Shown: positions 8,138-14,054 of the stretch, one piece after another
Layout: each line of letters starts with the position of its first letter
Numbering within the stretch: the first letter of the stretch is position 1
The notes under the pieces: generated by a model
Seen by the model: the letters and a program-made list of their open reading frames with translations, nothing else
Told to the model about the DNA's origin: nothing
The model's database searches: none
Translations under genes and position numbers: made by a program
Origin: Cupriavidus necator
GTDB taxonomy: Bacteria > Pseudomonadota > Gammaproteobacteria > Burkholderiales > Burkholderiaceae
Direction of reading: 5' to 3'
Assembly (NCBI RefSeq): GCF_016127575.1
Contig: NZ_CP066019.1
Span: forward strand, 120,001 to 152,000
Length of the DNA: 32,000 nucleotides

Positions 8138-8173
8138 CCGCTGCCCGCGATCAGGCGATCGCCAGGGCAGCGG
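8138..8173 (-). other. intercistronic GC-rich stem-loop between the lipoprotein gene and the TpsB gene
   Basis: ccgctgccc gcgatc agg c gatcgc ca gggcagcgg. Outer 9-bp and inner 6-bp stems lie 12 nt after the lipoprotein stop. No T-tract. Confidence 0.5.
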
Positions 8174-8184
8174 CTGAGGCTGGA

Positions 8185-9597
8185 TTACTTCTGGCCGAGC
8201 GCGCCGGTCAGGCCGCCCAGCAGGCCGCCAACCAGGCCGCCGATGGGGCCGGTGGCGCTGGTGGTCGAAGTCTTGCTGGTGGTGCTGCCCGCGGTGGAGG
8301 TGGCGCCGCCGGTCACGGCGGCGACAACATTGGTGACGGGGGCCAGCGGGCTGGTGGTGCCAGTGCCCGCCGCGGCGCCGGTGACGCCGCCGACCACGCC
8401 ATTCACCACGCCGCTGACCGCGGTGGTGACCGGCGCCAGCGGCGAACCGGTGCTGCCGCCGGTGGCACTGCCAAGGCCGCCGGTGATGCTGCTGACCAGG
8501 CTGGTGACAGGCGCCAGCGGCGAACCCGTACCGCCAGCGCCTGCACCGCCAGTCAGCCCCCCGGCCAGCGCAGTCACGGGTGCCAGTACCGGGCTCAGCG
8601 CGCCCAGGCCGCCGCCGCTGGCGGGCCCGTTCACTGCGCCGCCCAGCGAAGCCACGGTCGTGCCGGTGGCGTTCACCACGCCGCCGACGCCCGAGACTAC
8701 CGGCGTGTTGGTCTGTTGCAGCGTGGTGCCGGCCGTCGCGAGCGCACCGCCCACGGCCGCCAGCAGGCTGGTGGTCGGTGCGCCCAGGCCCGTGGCCGCG
8801 CCGAGCGTCTGTGCGGCGCCGGTCAGCTGCGAGGTGATCGGCACGATCAGCTTGCTGGTGGTGGTGGTCACCTGCTCGACCGCGCCGGTCGACAGCACCG
8901 TGGTCAGCGTTTCGCCAGTGCCGCTCACCGTTTTGCCCAACTCGTTCACCACCGTGCCCAGCGGCGAGGTCAGCGGCGCCAGTGGCGCGAGCTGGCCGGT
9001 GCCAAGGCCACTGACGGCGGTACCGGTGCTGGATAAGGTCTTGCCAAGTTCGGTGACCACGTTGCCGGTGCTGGCTACCGTGGTGCCTACCGGATTATCC
9101 GAGTTCGGCATGCTGCCCAGGCCCGATTGCAGGCCCGTGGCCAGTGCCCCGATGGCATCGCCGGCGGAGGCTACGGCGTCGCCCAGGCCGGTTTGTGTCT
9201 GGGTCGGCACCAGCGGCAGGTTGCTGCTGCCGAGCTTGTCGCCAAGATCGCTGACCGTCTTGCCGGTACTGTCGAGCACCTTGCCAGTATTGTTGATGAC
9301 CTCGGCGGTCGGGGTCCGTGCGGTGGGCGTTTCGCCGCCGCCGGTATTGCCGCCATTGTTATCGCCAGTGCCACCCGTGCCGCCGCCCGTGCCACCGGTA
9401 CCGCCGCCGGCCACGTCGGTGCTGCCGCCGGAGCCACCCATGCCGCCGGTGCCATCGGTACCCGTGGTCTTGGTGCCGCCATTGGTGCCCGCCGTGTCGC
9501 TGGTGCCCATGGAGGTCGATCCGCTGCCGCTGGCGCAGCCACCCAGGGCCAGCAAGGTTGCGAGGAGTGCCGTTACGGCGAGTTGTTGTTTGCGCAT
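8185..9597 (-). CDS. Gly/Thr/Val-rich heptad-repeat lipoprotein (paralogue 1), unknown family
   Basis: Start at ATG 9597 (MRKQQLAVTALLATLLALGG|CASG, lipobox) with a GAGGGAA RBS. It has a Gly/Thr linker and 7-residue periodicity (TGKVLDS/TGKTVSD/LGDKLGS; TGNVVTE/LGKTLSS/TGTAVSG). Four C-terminal SPLAPVT repeats lie at 8332-8595. It is colinear with the ORF at 10328-11437. Confidence 0.8.
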   Translation of the reverse strand: MRKQQLAVTALLATLLALGGCASGSGSTSMGTSDTAGTNGGTKTTGTDGTGGMGGSGGSTDVAGGGTGGTGGGTGGTGDNNGGNTGGGETPTARTPTAEVINNTGKVLDSTGKTVSDLGDKLGSSNLPLVPTQTQTGLGDAVASAGDAIGALATGLQSGLGSMPNSDNPVGTTVASTGNVVTELGKTLSSTGTAVSGLGTGQLAPLAPLTSPLGTVVNELGKTVSGTGETLTTVLSTGAVEQVTTTTSKLIVPITSQLTGAAQTLGAATGLGAPTTSLLAAVGGALATAGTTLQQTNTPVVSGVGGVVNATGTTVASLGGAVNGPASGGGLGALSPVLAPVTALAGGLTGGAGAGGTGSPLAPVTSLVSSITGGLGSATGGSTGSPLAPVTTAVSGVVNGVVGGVTGAAAGTGTTSPLAPVTNVVAAVTGGATSTAGSTTSKTSTTSATGPIGGLVGGLLGGLTGALGQK

Positions 9598-9680
9598 GTT
9601 CTGTTCCCTCATTCCCGTCGTTTAAATCGCTCGGCCGCGCATCGCGTTCGTTTTCTGCGTGCGGCGGTGACGGATATGGC

Positions 9681-9695
9681 GCAATCGGTATGCCA
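9681..9695 (-). promoter_or_regulatory. candidate sigma-54 (-24/-12) promoter for lipoprotein 1 / TpsB operon
   Basis: The minus strand reads gcgcTGGCATaccgaTTGCgcc. The GG-N10-GC spacing is exact. It lies about 85-100 nt upstream of ATG 9597. Confidence 0.6.
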
Positions 9696-9749
9696 GCGCT
9701 GCGACGCGTCCTGGAGCGGACCCTGCGGAAGTCGGGGGTGGTGCCCGCA

Positions 9750-9770
9750 AAGCCTTGCCGGGCGCGGATT
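9750..9770 (-). promoter_or_regulatory. conserved 21-bp promoter-proximal element, copy A
   Basis: The minus strand reads aatccgcgcccggcaaggctt, 20/21 identical to 10074-10094 on the + strand. It is 60 nt from the 23-bp element and 54 nt from the -24 box. Confidence 0.5.
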
Positions 9771-9830
9771 CCAGGGAAGCGGTGGGACCTGCTCGCGGCG
9801 CTGCCGGGGATGGGGTGTCAGGGCGGCTGC

Positions 9831-9853
9831 GCGTTACGCGTTACGTAACGTGT
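9831..9853 (-). promoter_or_regulatory. 23-bp UAS-like element, copy A (contains palindrome CGTTACGTAACG)
   Basis: The minus strand reads ACACGTTACGTAACGCGTAACGC, 20/23 identical to copy B. It lies about 135-160 nt upstream of the minus-strand -24 box. Confidence 0.5.
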
Positions 9854-9990
9854 GTCGTCTGCAGGGAACAAGACAGCCGGAACGGCGGGCTTGCGACGAT
9901 GGCGATCCAGCCAGGCAAGCGCGCCGTGCCGCGCACTGCCACGGCCTCCCGCCACGGTCATCCGCGCCTCCGTGTTCCCATGTTCCCGGA

Positions 9991-10013
9991 ACACGTTACG
10001 TAGCACGTAACAC
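9991..10013 (+). promoter_or_regulatory. 23-bp UAS-like element, copy B (GTTACGT-AGC-ACGTAAC inverted repeat)
   Basis: ACACGTTACGTAGCACGTAACAC, about 125-145 nt upstream of the plus-strand -24 box. It overlaps the stem-loop cgtgttcc(9971-9978)/ggaacacg(9988-9995). Confidence 0.5.
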
Positions 10014-10073
10014 CTCAGGTCCGCGCCGCAACGGCATTTGTGTCCGGCCCGCAGCTACCCCGCATCACCCGGC

Positions 10074-10094
10074 AATCCGCGCCAGGCAAGGCTT
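10074..10094 (+). promoter_or_regulatory. conserved 21-bp promoter-proximal element, copy B
   Basis: aatccgcgccaggcaaggctt. It is 60 nt downstream of UAS copy B and 42 nt upstream of TGGCAC. Confidence 0.5.
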
Positions 10095-10136
10095 GCAGCG
10101 CCGCGGCCGGTTCCGTGCCGGCACCGCTGGCGCCGC

Positions 10137-10151
10137 TGGCACGCGCCTTGC
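10137..10151 (+). promoter_or_regulatory. candidate sigma-54 (-24/-12) promoter for lipoprotein 2
   Basis: ccgcTGGCACgcgccTTGCcatt is a near-perfect match to TGGCACG-N4-TTGC. It lies about 177 nt upstream of ATG 10328. Confidence 0.65.
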
Positions 10152-10327
10152 CATTGGTTGTCCAGACGCGCCGACGATCTCGCGTTCCACGGTCTTGCCG
10201 TTCCGCTTCGGAGCGGTCCGCCAGAGGAACAAAGCGGGACACCGGGGAGGCTCGTCGGCAATCCCATGCGGCGCACATAAGACAAGACGGCCGGCAGCAC
10301 CGTGGCCAACAAGACAGGAGAAGGGCA

Positions 10328-11437
10328 ATGAAAATCAAGCATCCGTCGCAGCATGGCATGACCTCACTGGCCGCGGCCGGCGTGGCCGCCCTTGCGTTGC
10401 TGATGGCAGGCTGTTCGTCCAGCGGTGGCGGCAGCGGCGCCAATCCGCGGCCGAACAGCGGCAACACCGACACGCCGGTCAACCCGGCACCGTCCGCATC
10501 GAGCGAGACCACGCCCACGGCCAAGGTGACCGAAGGCGCGGGCAATACCGTGGTGGCCACTGGCAATGCCATCAGTGACATCGGCAAGACTATCCAGGAG
10601 GCGCCGCTGCCGTTGCTGCCCACCACGGCGCGCGAAAGCGCCGGCGACGTGGTGATCAAGGCCGGCAAGGCGGTTGGCTCGCTCGGTGCCGGCGTGCGCG
10701 ATGGGCTGGGGCAGATGGGCTCGGTCGACAACCCGGTTGGCGTGACGGTGGCCAGCACCGGCAACGTGGTCCACGACGTGGGCGAGGCGTTGATCAGCGG
10801 CGGCGACCTGGTGTCTGGCCTGGGCACCGAGAAGCTGGCACCGCTGGCACCGGTGACCACCCCGGTGGGTGGCCTGGTCAGGCACGTGGGCATCGCGGTG
10901 CACGATGGCAGCTACAAGCTGAAAAGCGTGCTGTCCGAAGGCCCGGTCGCGCAGGTCACGAATTCGGTCAGCAAAGTCATCGTGCCGCTGACCAGCAAGG
11001 GCACCGACGGCACGCAGACACTGGGAGCGGCCACGCACCTGGGCGAGCCGGCCAACGGCCTGCTCTACAAGGTCGGCAATACGGTGGCTGCAGGCGGCAG
11101 CATGATCAGCAACACCCACGCACCGGTGGTCTCGCCGCTGGGCGGCGTGGTGACTGAGGCCGGCAAGACGGTCGCGGCCGCTGGCGCGCTCCTCAACGGC
11201 AATGGTCAGGGTGGCGGCAACCCGCTTGGTGGCCTGCTGGGCAACCTGCCGCTGGCCAAGGCTGGTAGCAACGGTGAGGGCGGTTCCGCGGGCGGCGCGC
11301 TCGGTCCCGTGACCGCGCTGCTGGCGCCGGTGACCGGACTGGTCGGCGGGCTGAAGCAAGGCGCACACGACAGCCAGGGTGGCAGCGGTGACCACAAGGC
11401 GTTGCAGCTGCCGCTGGTGGGTGGCCTGCTGCGCTGA
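10328..11437 (+). CDS. Gly/Thr/Val-rich heptad-repeat lipoprotein (paralogue 2), unknown family
   Basis: ATG 10328 after an AGGAGA RBS. Lipobox ALALLMAG|CSSS. Shares colinear blocks with paralogue 1: DNPVG.TVASTGNVV, LAPLAP.T, K.IVP.TS, QTLGAAT, PVVS..GGVV. Confidence 0.8.
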   Translation: MKIKHPSQHGMTSLAAAGVAALALLMAGCSSSGGGSGANPRPNSGNTDTPVNPAPSASSETTPTAKVTEGAGNTVVATGNAISDIGKTIQEAPLPLLPTTARESAGDVVIKAGKAVGSLGAGVRDGLGQMGSVDNPVGVTVASTGNVVHDVGEALISGGDLVSGLGTEKLAPLAPVTTPVGGLVRHVGIAVHDGSYKLKSVLSEGPVAQVTNSVSKVIVPLTSKGTDGTQTLGAATHLGEPANGLLYKVGNTVAAGGSMISNTHAPVVSPLGGVVTEAGKTVAAAGALLNGNGQGGGNPLGGLLGNLPLAKAGSNGEGGSAGGALGPVTALLAPVTGLVGGLKQGAHDSQGGSGDHKALQLPLVGGLLR

Positions 11438-11468
11438 AATGTCTCATCCCGGCTAGGTGTTTTCACGG

Positions 11469-11512
11469 TGCGCTGTCGCTCATCACCCCGTCGCAGCGCA
11501 TCTTTTTATTTT
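11469..11512 (+). terminator. possible terminator of lipoprotein 2 gene
   Basis: tgcgctg(11469-11475)/cagcgca(11494-11500) form a 7-bp stem with a large 18-nt loop, followed by TCTTTTTATTTT. Confidence 0.4.
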
Positions 11513-11514
11513 GG

Positions 11515-11546
11515 CTGGCATTGCGGCCGTATGACCGCAATGCCAG
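11515..11546. promoter_or_regulatory. perfect 12-bp-arm palindrome upstream of flp (candidate operator)
   Basis: CTGGCATTGCGG-ccgtatga-CCGCAATGCCAG. It lies about 260-290 nt upstream of the flp ATG and has no T-tract 3' on either strand. Confidence 0.45.
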
Positions 11547-11807
11547 GTTGCAGGCCGGTTCCCGGCCGGTCTGCCTGCTCTTTGACAACCTGTGGACCCG
11601 GGCGTGCCGGGTCGTTTCAAACGCGCGTCTTAACCCCTTTGGGTCATTGCTATCACCCGTAGGAGGGGTATGGTTGAGACATTCCATGTCTTAAAAAGAA
11701 AGCGCAGCAAGCGTGAAAAGTCGATAAAATAGCGGGCCACAGAGCACCGTGATAATCGAACGGGGGAAGCGTGATCGCGGCAACAGATCACTTCGGGAGT
11801 GGAAATC

Positions 11808-11984
11808 ATGAAACGACTCATTGCACGCTTTATTAAGGATGAGCGCGGAGCGACGGCTATCGAATATGGCCTGATCGTCGGGCTTGTTGCTCTGGCGATT
11901 GCCGTCGGCGCTGGCAAACTCGGCACCGAGCTTAACGCCAGCTTCGATCGGCTTTCGGTCACGGTTTCGGGATGGTTCAAGTAA
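11808..11984 (+). CDS. flp: Flp family type IVb pilin
   Basis: ATG 11808 after a GGGAG RBS. MKRLIARFIKDERG/ATAIEYGLIVGLVALAI is the canonical Flp prepilin leader, G/A cleavage site and EY motif. 58 aa. Confidence 0.9.
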   Translation: MKRLIARFIKDERGATAIEYGLIVGLVALAIAVGAGKLGTELNASFDRLSVTVSGWFK

Positions 11985-12005
11985 AGCCGAAACCATAAGA
12001 CCGGC

Positions 12006-12482
12006 GTGATTGCCGCGCTCCTCTGCGCGGCGACCCTCTACACAGACTTCCTCCACCGGCGCGTTCCCAACGCCTTGCTGGCGGCTGCCGTGCTGGCCCT
12101 CGGGCTGTCACTGCTCGCCGGACAGGGCATGGAACTGCCGCTAACCACGCGCCTGATCGGCGCCGGGCTGGGCCTTGCGGTCACACTGCCGGTATATGCC
12201 CTCGGGCAGATGGCGGCGGGTGACGTCAAGTTCCTGGTCGTGGCGGGGTTGTTCACCGGGCCGCAAGGACTGGTACTGGCATGGGTCGTCGGCAACCTGC
12301 TCGGGCTGGTGCACGCGCTGCTGGCGCTTGCACTGGGCGGTCGCGCGCCGGCTACAAGTCAAGCCATCGATCACCAGGACAGCGGACCTATTCCTACGGC
12401 GCAGTTTTCGCGGGCGCGCGGCATTCCATATGCCGCGTACCTGGCCGTGGGCGTGCTGGCCTGGATGGCTGCGGGCCATTAG
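12006..12482 (+). CDS. tadV: A24 family prepilin peptidase (CpaA/TadV)
   Basis: GTG start. Polytopic membrane protein with the two catalytic-Asp contexts YTDFLHRRVPN and AAGDVKFLVVAG. Lies immediately after flp. Confidence 0.8.
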   Translation: MIAALLCAATLYTDFLHRRVPNALLAAAVLALGLSLLAGQGMELPLTTRLIGAGLGLAVTLPVYALGQMAAGDVKFLVVAGLFTGPQGLVLAWVVGNLLGLVHALLALALGGRAPATSQAIDHQDSGPIPTAQFSRARGIPYAAYLAVGVLAWMAAGH

Positions 12483-12554
12483 CCGGACAGGCTAGTGGCA
12501 AGCAGGCTGCGCCGCCGGTCGGCGCGAAAGAACACCAAGGGACCGGGGTTTCAG

Positions 12555-13031
12555 ATGTTGTTGCACGCAAGGGTCAACAGGGGGATAAACCGGCGCCGCC
12601 ACGGCGCCGGCAGCGCTGCGATCGAGTTTGCGATCGTGGCGCCGGTGCTGCTCGCCATCGTGATCGGCATCGTCTACTACGGTGTGATGCTGGCGCTGCA
12701 ACAGGTGCTGACGCTGGCCGCCGAAGAAGGCGCGCGCGCTGCGCTGCGCTATCCAGCGGGCGTTTCCGGCTCAGGCCTCGCGGCCACGCAAGGCGCGCGC
12801 GTCGATGCAGCGGCTGCGATGGCGCGCGGCACGCTTCCCACATCCATCAGGAATTTGCTGTCCACCGGCAACGTTGCGCAGGCAGTGCCCTGTGCATCCG
12901 GCTCCACCGATGTCTGCGTGCAGGTTACGCTGAACCTTCCCACCACCAACATCCTCCCCGCCGTGCCGATGGTCCCGGTCCCTGCAACGCTGTCAGGCTC
13001 GGCAATGGTCCAGCTTTCTCCTGATATCTGA
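12555..13031 (+). CDS. tadE: TadE-like pseudopilin
   Basis: ATG 12555. TadE N-terminal motif GSAAIEFAIVAPVLLAIVIGIVYYG. The upstream in-frame extension in the ORF track is Arg-rich and unlikely to be translated. Confidence 0.8.
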   Translation: MLLHARVNRGINRRRHGAGSAAIEFAIVAPVLLAIVIGIVYYGVMLALQQVLTLAAEEGARAALRYPAGVSGSGLAATQGARVDAAAAMARGTLPTSIRNLLSTGNVAQAVPCASGSTDVCVQVTLNLPTTNILPAVPMVPVPATLSGSAMVQLSPDI

Positions 13032-13081
13032 GCCGCCATGCCCCAACGCCCCCACGCCATGCCCATCCAAAGGAATCCCGC

Positions 13082-14035
13082 ATGACCAGCAAGCAGATCC
13101 GACTTCTGGCGGTGGTGCTGCTTGGCCTGGCGCTGCTGCTTGCGCTGCTGGCGTGGCAAGTGGGCCGCCAGCCGGCACAGGCGCCCGCGGCATCGACATC
13201 CGCCAAACCGCTGCACGCAGTGGTGGTGACCACGCAAGCGGTGGAGGCGGGCAAGCCGCTTGCCGCCGAGGCGCTCAAGGTCGAGATGCTCCCGATCGAT
13301 CCCACCGGCGCCTACAGCGAGGTGGCACGCGTGACCGGGCAGGTGCCGCTGGTGGCGCTTGGCGCCAACGTGCCGGTGCTCGAAAGCCAGTTGCTGGCTG
13401 GCCTGGCCACGCAGGTGCGGGAGGGCGAACGCGCGGTGGCCGTGTCAGTCGATGAAGTCATCGGCGTCGGCAACCAGGTGCAGCCGGGCGACTATGTCGA
13501 TGTCTTCCTGGTGCTGCGCCGCGACCAGCAGGAGATCCCGGAAAGCCAGGCGCGCATGCTGCTGTCGCGCCTGCGCGTGCTGGCCTACGGCGTCGCCTCG
13601 GTCAACCGGCCGCAGAACGCCAAGCCGGAACAGATGATGGCGCGACAGGAGGGCGCCAAGACCGCGGTGCTGTCGGTGCCGCTGGAGCAGGTCAGCCGGC
13701 TGGCGATGGCGCAGCAGTCCGGGCGCCTGCTGCTGGCGCTGCGCAATCCGCAGGACGAAGCCATGCCCAGCGACGGCATGTTTGCCGAACCCCCGCCCGC
13801 GCTGGCCGCGCGCGCCGGCGTTCCCGCCGAAGCGCCGCGCGCGGCCCCCGACAAGGCCATGGCCGGCGTGATGCTGTCCGGCCTGGCCGCCCCCGCCGGC
13901 GCCTCTGCCCCGCGCGCGCCGGTGGCAGCGCCGGCGCCGCGGCCGCTGCAGGTTGCCGCGCCGCCCGCGCCAGCCCAGGCGAGACAAAGCGCAGGCGTGG
14001 AAGTCATTCGCGCGGGCAAGCGCGAGATCGAATAA
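13082..14035 (+). CDS. cpaB: Flp pilus assembly protein CpaB/RcpC
   Basis: N-terminal TM segment and SAF-like domain (VVVTTQAVEAGKPL...), then the RcpC part (ERAVAVSVDEVIGVGNQVQPGDYVDVFLV). Ala/Pro-rich C-terminal tail. Confidence 0.9.
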   Translation: MTSKQIRLLAVVLLGLALLLALLAWQVGRQPAQAPAASTSAKPLHAVVVTTQAVEAGKPLAAEALKVEMLPIDPTGAYSEVARVTGQVPLVALGANVPVLESQLLAGLATQVREGERAVAVSVDEVIGVGNQVQPGDYVDVFLVLRRDQQEIPESQARMLLSRLRVLAYGVASVNRPQNAKPEQMMARQEGAKTAVLSVPLEQVSRLAMAQQSGRLLLALRNPQDEAMPSDGMFAEPPPALAARAGVPAEAPRAAPDKAMAGVMLSGLAAPAGASAPRAPVAAPAPRPLQVAAPPAPAQARQSAGVEVIRAGKREIE

Positions 14036-14054
14036 GAACGTGGGCGCCGACTTT

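Noticed and set aside
9755-10006. 82-aa (+) and 62-aa (-) ORFs inside the 730-bp divergent intergenic region.
   Set aside because: They have no RBS and Arg/Gly-rich composition. They run straight through the conserved 23-bp palindromic elements, which are better explained as regulatory DNA.
11515-11546. The 12-bp-arm palindrome as a rho-independent terminator for the upstream lipoprotein gene.
   Set aside because: The T-tract (11501-11512) is 5' of the hairpin on the plus strand. On the minus strand the hairpin is followed by an A-rich run. Neither orientation gives a stem-loop plus U-tract. The weaker hairpin at 11469-11500 that precedes the T-tract is the better terminator candidate.
11593-11607. 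Possible sigma-54 promoter TGGACC-N5-GTGC upstream of flp.
   Set aside because: Both core elements are degenerate (TGGACC for TGGCAC, GTGC for TTGC). The sequence is also the stem-loop acccgg-gcgtg-ccgggt (11596-11612). It is far weaker than the two candidates at 9681-9695 and 10137-10151.
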